Made by a program: the position numbers and the translations under genes. A model generated the notes under the pieces. That model was not told where the DNA came from, did no database searches, and worked only from the letters and a program-made list of their open reading frames with translations. A stretch of 54,206 nucleotides of DNA, from the IMG/VR virus record IMGVR_UViG_3300023174_000215, positions 1 to 54,206 of that record; one strand, given 5' to 3'. The stretch comes from a virus (Duplodnaviria > Caudoviricetes). Numbering within the stretch: the first letter of the stretch is position 1; every line of letters starts with the position of its first letter. Positions 45,516 to 54,158 of this stretch are shown here, piece by piece.

Positions 45516-47006
45516 TTACGCCACTGTGACGGTTGCGCCGCCATCGAATTGACCGATGTTAATTACTACAAACTCAGCTGGGCGTTGCAAGGCAACTCCT
45601 ACCTGAATATTTACTTGGCCTGCTTCTACAGTTGCCAATGTGTTGTTAGTGCTATCGCAGAGAACAAAGAACGCTTGCTCTGTTGAAGCTCCACGCAGTC
45701 CTCCTTGTGACCAGAAGTTGGTCAAGAAACCATTAAGGATTGCGCTAACACGACGGTATAGAACTGTATCGTTTGGCTCAAAGATTGCAAACTGTGATAG
45801 TTCAACAAGTGCTTTTTCCAAATAGATAAGTGAACGACGTACTGGGACGTACATATCTGCATATCCGCCCTTAAGTGTACGAGCACCCATAATTACAATT
45901 CCAGAACCTGGAATGAAACGGATTGCGTTCACTGGTGCTGCTGCTGAGTTAAGCGTATCAAGATTTGCGTTTGTTAATGAAGGAACAGAAACTGCTCCAG
46001 CTATACGAACGTTAAGTCCTGCTGGAGCTTTAAACACTCCACGAGACTTATCTGTTGCAGCGTACTTTCCAACAACTGCTCCACCTGGGTTTGCTGCAGC
46101 GATAACAGTTCCTGGTGTTGTGTTAGTTGGGTCATTGATTGTAATTCTTGGGTAATACACAGCTGCGTATGAGCTCTGTGTATATGTTGCAGCAAGTGTT
46201 AGCTGATTAGCAACTGTGTCGTTAATTGGGTCTACAACTACAAATGCATCCTGACGAGCTGCTGCGTATGCAATTATTGGGTTAACGCCTACTGCAGTAG
46301 TAACTCCTGGAGCATTAATAATTAATGTGTTAAGAACTGAATCAAAACCAGTAATTGCAGCTGCAATTTGAGCTTCTGTAGGGGTGCTTCCCAAAGCGCC
46401 ACCAGCTAATGCTTGAGTTGTTACCGCTGAAACATACTTGCTTGCTCCAGTAGATGCTGAAGATAAGTCTGCTACTACTACGTATTGAGACTGAGAATTA
46501 ATAACAGAAATTGCATAACGAGCATCTGTTGAATCCATTGTTAAATTAGGGAATGACTCAACTTTATATGCAGCAGTTGTTCCGCCGTAATAAATAGTAA
46601 GGTCAAAATAAGCAGCCGCACCAGGGGAGGCAGTTGTAGTAACAGCAATGCTGTTTCCCCAAGCTCCTGGGTTTACAGCAGAAATGCTAAGCGTGTCAGA
46701 ATCTCCAGCATCTTTAAGTGTACGAGTTGCAGTAGCTGGTGAACCAGCTGTTACACGTTGAATGTAAGCAGCGTTTCCGCCATTAGAAAAGAATAGGAAT
46801 ACTGCGAGAGCAAGAGTGTTATTTGAACTCCAACCGCCGTAGTAGTTAAGATACTCGCTCCATGATGTAACGAGTTTTGGTGTCAGTGGTCCACGGGCGT
46901 TAGCGCCAATGAATGCTGCCACAGAGTCAGAGTTTGCTCCGACAACAGGTGCTACGGGATTCAGGGTTTCCTGAACGTAGACGCCTGGGCGTAAATATGC
47001 AGCCAT
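45516..47006 (-). CDS. Contractile tail sheath protein
   Basis: RPGVYVQE, FFSNGG, GVFKAPAG, GARTL, YVPVRR, FEPND, PAEFV. Confidence 0.96.
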   Translation of the reverse strand: MAAYLRPGVYVQETLNPVAPVVGANSDSVAAFIGANARGPLTPKLVTSWSEYLNYYGGWSSNNTLALAVFLFFSNGGNAAYIQRVTAGSPATATRTLKDAGDSDTLSISAVNPGAWGNSIAVTTTASPGAAAYFDLTIYYGGTTAAYKVESFPNLTMDSTDARYAISVINSQSQYVVVADLSSASTGASKYVSAVTTQALAGGALGSTPTEAQIAAAITGFDSVLNTLIINAPGVTTAVGVNPIIAYAAARQDAFVVVDPINDTVANQLTLAATYTQSSYAAVYYPRITINDPTNTTPGTVIAAANPGGAVVGKYAATDKSRGVFKAPAGLNVRIAGAVSVPSLTNANLDTLNSAAAPVNAIRFIPGSGIVIMGARTLKGGYADMYVPVRRSLIYLEKALVELSQFAIFEPNDTVLYRRVSAILNGFLTNFWSQGGLRGASTEQAFFVLCDSTNNTLATVEAGQVNIQVGVALQRPAEFVVINIGQFDGGATVTVA

Positions 47007-47008
47007 CT

Positions 47009-47644
47009 TTAGTCTCCTTGAGTTAGGTGTTTAACGGGTCTGAGGCCATCTGGTATGTCATATGTAATACGATTAATTTGAACAGTTTGTACGTTGGATA
47101 GGGCGTTTTGAGCATTCAACGGTGTCATCTCGCTGACAACTCTTACTGTGAAAGCGTTTCTAAATAAACGTCTTCCTTCCTCAATCATGTCTCTTTTTAC
47201 GAAACCATCGAGAAACATATGCCGCTTAGCGGTCTCTGTATTAAGCTCATTAGGAACATCTAAGTTTCCATACTGGCTTTGAAATTTTTGTTGCAAAAGT
47301 TGGGTAATGATTGCACGGTCATGGCGTGGATGACGGCTGTATGAAGTTACTTGGTACACAAGGTCATATGGTAGCGGAGTTGAGTAGCGGTATGTAATTC
47401 CCGCTACTGCCGCTACAGTGCCTCTGTTATCAGTATCGTAAAAGATTCCATTTGATTGGCGTTCTTTTGCGGCCCGAACATCAATAAGTTCAATAGTCAT
47501 ATAAGGGTATGTTTGAGCACGAAGTTCTACATCTGGATACCCAAACCATACCTGTACAGGACGGTTAGCATTTTTTTCATCAGAGACTGTAACGCCCGAT
47601 AAAAAAGTCTTAAGAGCAGCGTCTTCTGCAAGAATAAAACTCAT
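47009..47644 (-). CDS. Tail completion/terminator protein
   Basis: YP...I.L, P.PYDL.YQV motifs; directly upstream of sheath. Confidence 0.7.
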   Translation of the reverse strand: MSFILAEDAALKTFLSGVTVSDEKNANRPVQVWFGYPDVELRAQTYPYMTIELIDVRAAKERQSNGIFYDTDNRGTVAAVAGITYRYSTPLPYDLVYQVTSYSRHPRHDRAIITQLLQQKFQSQYGNLDVPNELNTETAKRHMFLDGFVKRDMIEEGRRLFRNAFTVRVVSEMTPLNAQNALSNVQTVQINRITYDIPDGLRPVKHLTQGD

Positions 47645-47982
47645 GCGTAAGCCCCCAATTCATACAGGGTCTCTGATAATTGTTGAGAGATGATGTCGCC
47701 AATTTGTTCTTCATAGCGAAGAAGGAATGGGCGAATGACTGCGTTAGGGGCGCTGTTGTCCCCATACTCTAGGTTTTCTACTTTGGTTTTAATTGCCTCT
47801 GGGTAGTCAACTCGTAGAGTCATATCTTCAACTTTGACCTCTAGTTGAAAAACAATGTCAGAGGGCCAGTTAGCTGTAGTAGCCATATCTTTAAGAATGG
47901 GAGTTAGGCGAGCAGATACTTTACGTGCTGCTCTCTCTTTTGCTTTAGTTAGGTCGTCCACTATCGACGCCACAATTTCCAT
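47641..47982 (-). CDS. Neck protein (HK97 gp10-like)
   Basis: LEYG....P...IRP motif; real start may be GTG 47961 (TAGTG coupling). Confidence 0.6.
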   Translation of the reverse strand: MEIVASIVDDLTKAKERAARKVSARLTPILKDMATTANWPSDIVFQLEVKVEDMTLRVDYPEAIKTKVENLEYGDNSAPNAVIRPFLLRYEEQIGDIISQQLSETLYELGAYA

Positions 47983-48089
47983 AGCGCTACTGCGAGAATA
48001 CCCTTTGCCACATTATGATTATCGGGCGCAGAAGAAAATACGCCTTTAACGAATTCAGCCTTATTAGGCTTATCGACTTTATCTGTCAT
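47961..48089 (-). CDS. 42-aa protein with hydrophobic C-terminus (not in ORF track)
   Basis: MTDKVDKPNKAEFVKGVF...ILAVALWKLWRR; GGAG RBS. Confidence 0.6.
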   Translation of the reverse strand: MTDKVDKPNKAEFVKGVFSSAPDNHNVAKGILAVALWKLWRR

Positions 48090-48167
48090 GGCAGGCTCCA
48101 ATGGAGTTAAGCAAGGGTATAACGCAAGGGTCGTGCTGTGAATCCCGCATGGATTCCCCTAAAGTAT

Positions 48168-48195
48168 AAAGGGCCCCCTATTTCTAGGAGGCCCT
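48168..48195 (-). terminator. Intrinsic terminator overlapping a TATACT -10 element
   Basis: Minus strand AGGGCCTCCTA-GAAA-TAGGGGGCCCT then TTATACTTT. Confidence 0.75.
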
Positions 48196-48210
48196 AACTA
48201 CTTATTACTT

Positions 48211-48417
48211 TTACTTCTTTTTAATCTTCTTTGCTAGTGCCTTATCCATCTTCATATCTGCTTTAGCTGATGGCTTCTTCTTATCCATCTTGGCATCTTC
48301 TTTCTTAAACTTGCCCTTTTCAGCAGGGGACATTCCCTTCATGACTTTGGCATCTTGTTTCTTGTCTGCTTTCTTGCAAGTACCTTTACAACTTGGCTTT
48401 CCACATAATTTACACAT
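48211..48417 (-). CDS. Lys-rich mini-protein with N-terminal Cys cluster
   Basis: MCKLCGKPSCKGTC; TAATG coupling. Confidence 0.75.
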   Translation of the reverse strand: MCKLCGKPSCKGTCKKADKKQDAKVMKGMSPAEKGKFKKEDAKMDKKKPSAKADMKMDKALAKKIKKK

Positions 48418-48560
48418 TACATACCCTTCTTTCTATTCATAGAAGCTTTATTACCTTTTGCAGGTGCAGCCTTCTTGGCAGCAAACTTCTTGTTCGCCGC
48501 TTGTAGGGTCTTCATCCCGTGCTTGTCCTTTGGTTTCATACAACCGCAAGTCGCGCACAT
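48417..48560 (-). CDS. 47-aa Lys-rich mini-protein (not in ORF track)
   Basis: MCATCGCMKPKDKHG...; TAATG coupling at both ends. Confidence 0.75.
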   Translation of the reverse strand: MCATCGCMKPKDKHGMKTLQAANKKFAAKKAAPAKGNKASMNRKKGM

Positions 48561-48727
48561 TACTTCTTTTTCTTTCGTAGGGCAGCTAGGTCAGAAGCAT
48601 CAATCTTCTTTGGGTCTCCAGCTTTTCCAGCAATTTTCTTCTGCTTTGGTGATAGTTTCTTAGCAGTCTTCTTGCAAGCGCCGTTACAACCTGGCTTTGA
48701 ACAACCGCATCCGCATCCTTTGCACAT
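48560..48727 (-). CDS. 55-aa Lys-rich mini-protein (not in ORF track)
   Basis: MCKGCGCGCSKPGCNGAC...LSPKQKKIA...KIDASDLAALR. Confidence 0.75.
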   Translation of the reverse strand: MCKGCGCGCSKPGCNGACKKTAKKLSPKQKKIAGKAGDPKKIDASDLAALRKKKK

Positions 48728-48897
48728 TATTTTTTCTTCTTTCTTGAGGCCGCTGCGTTATCTACAAGATTAGGGTAAGGGCGACCAGCAGCCTTAGCCT
48801 TTGCTTTAGCAGATGCTTTCTGCTTCTTGCTAAGTTTACTCGTAGTTTCTGGATTTGGGTCCTTTTTATCCCAGAAAGCTTTTTTCTTTATAACCAT
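48727..48897 (-). CDS. 56-aa Lys-rich mini-protein (not in ORF track)
   Basis: ...LSKKQKASAKAKAKAAGRPYPNLVDN... Confidence 0.75.
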   Translation of the reverse strand: MVIKKKAFWDKKDPNPETTSKLSKKQKASAKAKAKAAGRPYPNLVDNAAASRKKKK

Positions 48898-49025
48898 TAT
48901 TTTTTATCTTCCTTCTTAACTTTTTTAGGAAGCTTACCCTCAGGGGTGTGCTTTTCCCATTGCTGGGCCATTTCTGGATGCTTAGCGTACATCCATTTGC
49001 GCTGTTGCTGGGATTTAAAAGGCAT
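48897..49025 (-). CDS. 42-aa basic mini-protein (not in ORF track)
   Basis: MPFKSQQQRKWMYAKHPEMAQQWEKHTP.GKLP. Confidence 0.75.
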   Translation of the reverse strand: MPFKSQQQRKWMYAKHPEMAQQWEKHTPEGKLPKKVKKEDKK

Positions 49026-49534
49026 TAATTTGCAAAGCCCAAAAATTGGCCATCATTGACAGACTCTTCAGCAGATAGCTGGATACAGTCAATAACAACA
49101 AGAGTAAAGCGCTCAGCAATAATGCCGCGCTGTTGAACATAAAAGGGGCGGTAAAGCTGATTCTTCCAAACGATACGACCACGGTTTTCTAAATCAAGGT
49201 TAGTAACAACCGTAGGGTCAATGTTATCAATATCGCGGGCGTTGACGGTTAAGTGCAAAGTATCAGTGTTATAGAAACCGCGCTCAGACTGGTCTACCTT
49301 GCCTTGTGAAATTACGGCCCGAATAATTGGAAGTTCATAAGGACCCTTCCATACACGACCAACATCAATATGACCAGTGTCATAGATAGGGTCTTTAGTA
49401 GAAAGTAATGGGTTAAAGATGTACCATTGAGCAGAGGTACCTACTGGGTTTTTTAAATCCCAGTCGTATCCGTCTTGGACTAAATCAGTCTCAAAATCGG
49501 CATCAAATTTTCCGCCTGGGTCGTAAGCTCGCAT
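49025..49534 (-). CDS. Probable head-tail adaptor/closure protein
   Basis: Position upstream of tail genes; beta-rich; RIVWKNQLY pattern. Confidence 0.55.
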   Translation of the reverse strand: MRAYDPGGKFDADFETDLVQDGYDWDLKNPVGTSAQWYIFNPLLSTKDPIYDTGHIDVGRVWKGPYELPIIRAVISQGKVDQSERGFYNTDTLHLTVNARDIDNIDPTVVTNLDLENRGRIVWKNQLYRPFYVQQRGIIAERFTLVVIDCIQLSAEESVNDGQFLGFAN

Positions 49535-49567
49535 GGTAAAGAGTATCCCCTATCTATACTAGAAATA
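49535..49567 (-). promoter_or_regulatory. Putative leaderless late promoter, copy 3
   Basis: TATTTCTAGTATAGATAGGGGATACT-N7-ATG. Confidence 0.5.
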
Positions 49568-49587
49568 AAGGATTTACTTAAAGCGCC

Positions 49588-50286
49588 TTATTTGTACTCT
49601 TTCTTAACCCACCAGAACTTCTTATAGCGGTCAAAAAACACAGTTGTAAATTTACGCATGTCTGAATTGAACTTAGTTCTTTCTTTTTCTCCCCCTAAAG
49701 AAGATGTCCACGATTCGCGCTTAAAAGGGATTATCTGTAAGAAAGGAGTCCCAGCAGGAATCATTCCCTCAAATTTAGGGTCACGTAGTTTAAGGAACAT
49801 ATTAAAGGGTAGAGAAAAATCATCAGAGTCAACAATTCCAGAGGCGCAAGAAATTGGCGCTTGCTCATGGTGTTGAGGTTCCATCACCATAATCGACCAA
49901 CCTTTAGGGGTTGTTATTGACCATGGGATTACGATACGAACCGCATAACTAATCTCTCTAGAATAAGGGTGGTTTTGAAACTGGTCCATATGTTGAAATG
50001 CAATTGCTTCATTATTGCCCCATTGAAAATACGGGCCCTCTGGAGTTTGTCTTACATAGATATCGTAAGGAGTTTCCATAATGTAACCAGCAGTCATCAT
50101 GTCCCACAAAGGCATACAACGTTTAATAGTTGCCATAGGAGTGCCGTCTAAAGTTGGTGCCTTTTTACCATCTGGTGACATATAAGATTTAGCGTCTTTA
50201 TACCATTGTGGTATGTACTCAGAAGCAGGTTTTGGTTTTTCTAATACTCCATCTGGGTTGTGCGTATCTGTAAAAATAATCTCCAT
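49588..50286 (-). CDS. Phage hypothetical protein, possible dUTPase-like beta-clip fold
   Basis: P.WYK, TIKRCMP..D....GY, PW.I.TP.G.S, GIVD.D, GTP..QIIPFKR. Confidence 0.6.
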   Translation of the reverse strand: MEIIFTDTHNPDGVLEKPKPASEYIPQWYKDAKSYMSPDGKKAPTLDGTPMATIKRCMPLWDMMTAGYIMETPYDIYVRQTPEGPYFQWGNNEAIAFQHMDQFQNHPYSREISYAVRIVIPWSITTPKGWSIMVMEPQHHEQAPISCASGIVDSDDFSLPFNMFLKLRDPKFEGMIPAGTPFLQIIPFKRESWTSSLGGEKERTKFNSDMRKFTTVFFDRYKKFWWVKKEYK

Positions 50287-50338
50287 GTAGTGCTCCTTGT
50301 GTAGGCTTTAACTCTATCATGCCCTTATAGGAAGGTTG

Positions 50339-50650
50339 TCAAACTGGAGGTGCTGGCACTACTTCCCATTGGCAAGTATCTTCATTCAAAACCCAATTGC
50401 CTTCTTCAGGTTTTGGCGCAATAAATGCATCTCTTGTAGAATCATAAGTGTCCCCTTTTCCTGCGTAATTTTTACGTAAAGGTACTCCACCTAATGCGTG
50501 AACCCCTGCATTTGTATTATAACTAGTCTTAATCCAAGTGCCACCAAGGTTATCTATTAACCATTGGTAGCCTTCATCAGGTTCGTTATTGTCACCAACA
50601 AGCACCCTAACAACTTTTTTATTTTCATCAATTTCTGCCCAATGGCTCAT
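50339..50650 (-). CDS. Small fibre-partner protein, copy 2
   Basis: Start ATG 50650 (MSHWAEIDE); TSYN...RKNYAG.G.TYD..RDAFI.PKP. Confidence 0.75.
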   Translation of the reverse strand: MSHWAEIDENKKVVRVLVGDNNEPDEGYQWLIDNLGGTWIKTSYNTNAGVHALGGVPLRKNYAGKGDTYDSTRDAFIAPKPEEGNWVLNEDTCQWEVVPAPPV

Positions 50651-52347
50651 GTTAAGTACCTCACAATTACAATACCTGAACCGCCAGTGCCACCTTCTCC
50701 TTGACGTTGAATACCCGTGTTCCAAAAAGCTCCCGCAGCACCGCCACCACTTCCAGTATTTGCTGTTGCATTACCGCCAGTACCAGGGTTTGAACACGAA
50801 CAAGCGGCACCAAAACCACCAGAGCCGCCACCGCCCGTACCACCTACACCACCGCATTGACCTCTACCACCAGCACCACCGCCACCGCCAGCATATTTAC
50901 CACCTACGCCAGTTCCAGTTGCAGATGCCCATGTTGAATAGGCACTATGACCAACACCACCATCACCACCTCTTCGCGGCAGTGATACGGGGTAACCATT
51001 ACTAAGTGCACCTCCACCGCCACCCCTAGCACAATAAGCGGTTCCGCTACATGAACCAGGTCCGTAGCCGTTGGCTGAATAACCACTACATGTTGGTGAT
51101 GATGCTGTGGTTGAACCAAAACTTGTTGCGCTTCCTACTCTGCCACCAGGAAAACTTACATTTGAAACCGCACCGCCAGCGCCAATTGTAACTGTTTGAT
51201 TAGAAGAAACTGTAGTTGTAATAAGGACTGTTTGTCCTGAACCTGCTCCTGGATAAGGACCTTGGTTACCAGCACAGGGGCCAAATCTACTTCTGCCTCC
51301 ACCCATACCGCCACCAATAATAAGTACATCACATGATTTAGAACCAGCGGTAACAGTAAAAGTTCCATTAGCAGTAAAGGTGTGGTAGGTATAACTTCCA
51401 GAGGTTGCAGTTGTTCCACCACTTACAGTAAATGGCGCAAATGGAGTTACTGAGTTAGATGCGCTGGATGCTGCAGAAGTTCCGTTAGCGTTTGTGGCAG
51501 TTACGGTAAATGTGTAAGCCGTTCCGTTAGACAAACCTGAAACTGTAATAGGAGAAGCGCCTGTACCAGTAAATCCACCAGGAGAAGAAGTTGCTGTATA
51601 TGCAGATACTGTTGCACCACCAGTGGCATTTGCTGTGTATGTAACCGTTGCACTTGCATTACCAACAGTAGCAGTTCCAATAGTTGGAGCCTGTGGAACA
51701 GAAGAAGGAGTTACAGAGTTAGAGGCAGAAGATGCTGCAGATGTTCCATTAGCATTTGTTGCTGTAACAGTATATGTACGAGCAGTTCCAGAACCTACAG
51801 TTTCAGAAACAACAATAGGACTGGAAGCACCTGTTCCAGTTAATCCTGAAGAAGAGGTAACTGTATAGCCCGTAATAGCAGAGCCACCAGTAGCGGGTGC
51901 AGTAAAAGTAACTGAAGTATTGGCAGAGCCAGAGTAGGCCTGACCAGTGGACATGGTTGCTGTACCAATAGTTGGGGCGTTTGGAACTGTTGTAGCAGTA
52001 ATAGAGTTTGAGGCGCCAGATTGAATACCAGCTACGCTAGTAGAGGTAACACCAGTGGCTTGAAAAGTATAGGCAGTAGCAGATTGTAGACCAGTAACTG
52101 TTAAAGGAGATGTTCCAGAGGCGGTAAAAGAACCTGGGCTTGAAATAACGTTATATGTAGAAGGAGTACCACCAGTTGCAGCTGCTGTAACTGTAACTGT
52201 TGCTGAACCATTGTTGTAGGCACGTGAGGTACCCACATTTGCCGCTGTTACTGATGGTGCATCTGGAAAGTCCATAATCTCAGTTAAAGCTGCGAGACCG
52301 TCGGGTGTTCCTTCGATGCGCTCATCTTGTGCTCTGCGGATAGACAT
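50647..52347 (-). CDS. Tail fibre/virion protein: FN3-like repeats + glycine-rich domain
   Basis: Three APTIGTAT...YTFTVTATN.NG.S..S..SNS-type repeats; GGxGGSG-rich C-terminus ending GIVIVRY. Confidence 0.8.
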   Translation of the reverse strand: MSIRRAQDERIEGTPDGLAALTEIMDFPDAPSVTAANVGTSRAYNNGSATVTVTAAATGGTPSTYNVISSPGSFTASGTSPLTVTGLQSATAYTFQATGVTSTSVAGIQSGASNSITATTVPNAPTIGTATMSTGQAYSGSANTSVTFTAPATGGSAITGYTVTSSSGLTGTGASSPIVVSETVGSGTARTYTVTATNANGTSAASSASNSVTPSSVPQAPTIGTATVGNASATVTYTANATGGATVSAYTATSSPGGFTGTGASPITVSGLSNGTAYTFTVTATNANGTSAASSASNSVTPFAPFTVSGGTTATSGSYTYHTFTANGTFTVTAGSKSCDVLIIGGGMGGGRSRFGPCAGNQGPYPGAGSGQTVLITTTVSSNQTVTIGAGGAVSNVSFPGGRVGSATSFGSTTASSPTCSGYSANGYGPGSCSGTAYCARGGGGGALSNGYPVSLPRRGGDGGVGHSAYSTWASATGTGVGGKYAGGGGGAGGRGQCGGVGGTGGGGSGGFGAACSCSNPGTGGNATANTGSGGGAAGAFWNTGIQRQGEGGTGGSGIVIVRYLT

Positions 52348-52380
52348 AGTGCCTAGTATCTCCTATCATTACTGGAAAAA
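52348..52380 (-). promoter_or_regulatory. Putative leaderless late promoter, copy 2
   Basis: TTTTTCCAGTAATGATAGGAGATACTAGGCACT-ATG. Confidence 0.55.
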
Positions 52381-52385
52381 AAGTA

Positions 52386-52670
52386 TTAAGGGGCGACTTC
52401 TACCCAGCGGCAAGTTGTTTCGTCTAACTCCCAATCGCCTTCTGTTGGCTTAGGAGGAATAAATGCATCACGAGTTGAATCATAGGTAAAGCCAATACCT
52501 GCATAGTTCTTACGGATGTTGCCGTGATAAGAAGTACGCTTACATACTTGACCACGGAAATTTCCATACCAAGTTTCAGTATCTAAACCTTCAATTAATT
52601 CGGTCTCATCAATGCCTGTAATAACCTCGGTTACTACATTACTCTCATCTAAGAACGCATAGTGTGCCAT
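52386..52670 (-). CDS. Small fibre-partner protein, copy 1
   Basis: Start ATG 52670 (MAHYAFLDE), TAATG coupling; paralog of 50339-50650. Confidence 0.75.
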   Translation of the reverse strand: MAHYAFLDESNVVTEVITGIDETELIEGLDTETWYGNFRGQVCKRTSYHGNIRKNYAGIGFTYDSTRDAFIPPKPTEGDWELDETTCRWVEVAP

Positions 52671-54121
52671 TATGCCCAACTCACATTTCCTGTGCCAGCA
52701 GTAATAGTTGCTCGCTTATAACCACCTGAAGCCGCACTTTCACTGCCTGTTAAACCTGCTCCAATAGTGATTGTTTTAGTATCTGGATATCTAAGGATAA
52801 CAACTCCAGAACCACCTGCTCCACCGTCATAGGTGTTTCCAGAAGAATTGTTACGGGTACCACCACCACCACCGCCACCTTTGTTTGGTGTTCCACTATC
52901 TGATGTTTGATTTTGTACAGAAGCACCGCCACCGCCTCCGCCACCACCACCTGGAGATTGATTACCAACATTTCCTACACCGCCTCCGCCACCGCCTGCA
53001 TAAGCAATAGAAGAACCAGTAATTTCAATAGAAACACCTGAACCGCCAGCGCCACCACTGCTTGCGCCGCCAGCGCCACCAACCGCTCCTGCCCCACCAC
53101 CACCACCTGATGCTCCATACCCGCTACCGCTACCCGCACCACCAGCAAATCCTTGATTAGTAGTACCAGTGCCGCCAGCATAACCGCCATTACCTCCGCC
53201 ACCGCCTGAACCACCACTAACACCAGCAGCGGTGCTTCTTGAAGCACCACCACCAGTAGATGTAATTGTACTAAATACAGAGGGATTACCATTTGTAGCG
53301 GTTGTTCCTGAAATTCCAGCACTTCCACCGCTACCAACAGTAACAGTGTAGTTAGTAGAAGGGCTAAGAGTTAATGCTGTTTCTAATGTTCCGCCACCTC
53401 CTGTTGCGGTAACTGTTGAGCGAAGTCCACCTGCGCCACCACCGCCACCAGGGCCATAAGCGCCGCCACCGCCGCCTGCAACAACAAGGTAGTCAACAGC
53501 AAATGTAAATGTAGAAGTTACTGAGTTACTTGCTGCACTTGATGCAGAGTTACCATTAGCATTAGTTGCTACAACTGTATATGTGTAAGAACCACCAACA
53601 GTCTCAGTAATAGTAATAGGTGAAGATGCGCCAGTTGCAGTAACGGCTGAAGATGATGTCACTGTGTAGCCAGTAATTGCTGAACCACCAGTAGCAGCAG
53701 ATGCAGTAAATGGTACTGAGACAACACCAGATGTACCACCAGTAGCAGTACCAATAGTAGGAGCCTGTGGAACAGTGGTCGCTGTAATGCTAGAAGATGC
53801 GCTTGAAGCAGGACCAGTAGCAGTTGTATTAGTAGCAGTAACTGCAAATGTATAAGATGTGGCGCTTTGTAGACCTGTAACAGTCAATGGAGAACCAGCA
53901 CCAGAAGAGGTAAATGAGCCAGGAGTAGAGGTAGCTGTATAAGAGGCAGGAGTACCACCAGTTGCCGCTGCTGTGAAAGCAACAGTTGCAGAGCCATTAT
54001 TATAGGCTCTAGATGTGCCTACATTTGTAGCAGCGCCAATAGTGGGTGCATCAGGTACATCAGGGATAGCCACACCGCTCTTGGTGATGCCTGATGTATT
54101 AGCACGCTTGATATTAGCCAT
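52670..54121 (-). CDS. Tail fibre/virion protein: FN3-like repeats + glycine-rich domain
   Basis: Two FN3-like repeats; VDYLVVAGGG...GGSGVVILRYP. Confidence 0.8.
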   Translation of the reverse strand: MANIKRANTSGITKSGVAIPDVPDAPTIGAATNVGTSRAYNNGSATVAFTAAATGGTPASYTATSTPGSFTSSGAGSPLTVTGLQSATSYTFAVTATNTTATGPASSASSSITATTVPQAPTIGTATGGTSGVVSVPFTASAATGGSAITGYTVTSSSAVTATGASSPITITETVGGSYTYTVVATNANGNSASSAASNSVTSTFTFAVDYLVVAGGGGGAYGPGGGGGAGGLRSTVTATGGGGTLETALTLSPSTNYTVTVGSGGSAGISGTTATNGNPSVFSTITSTGGGASRSTAAGVSGGSGGGGGNGGYAGGTGTTNQGFAGGAGSGSGYGASGGGGGAGAVGGAGGASSGGAGGSGVSIEITGSSIAYAGGGGGGVGNVGNQSPGGGGGGGGGASVQNQTSDSGTPNKGGGGGGGTRNNSSGNTYDGGAGGSGVVILRYPDTKTITIGAGLTGSESAASGGYKRATITAGTGNVSWA

Positions 54122-54154
54122 GTTGCCTATTGTCTCCTATGGTTGCTGGAAAAA
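54122..54154 (-). promoter_or_regulatory. Putative leaderless late promoter, copy 1
   Basis: TTTTTCCAGCAACCATAGGAGACAATAGGCAAC-ATG; 26/33 identical to copy 2. Confidence 0.55.
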
Positions 54155-54158
54155 TTGG

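Noticed and set aside
33833-47644. Tailocin or extracellular contractile injection system
   Set aside because: Sheath, tube and baseplate resemble eCIS parts, but they are contiguous with a phage replisome, neck genes and early genes
50647-54121. Diversity-generating retroelement or invertible fibre locus
   Set aside because: No reverse transcriptase, invertase or adenine-specific TR/VR pair seen; repeats reflect FN3 and Gly codons
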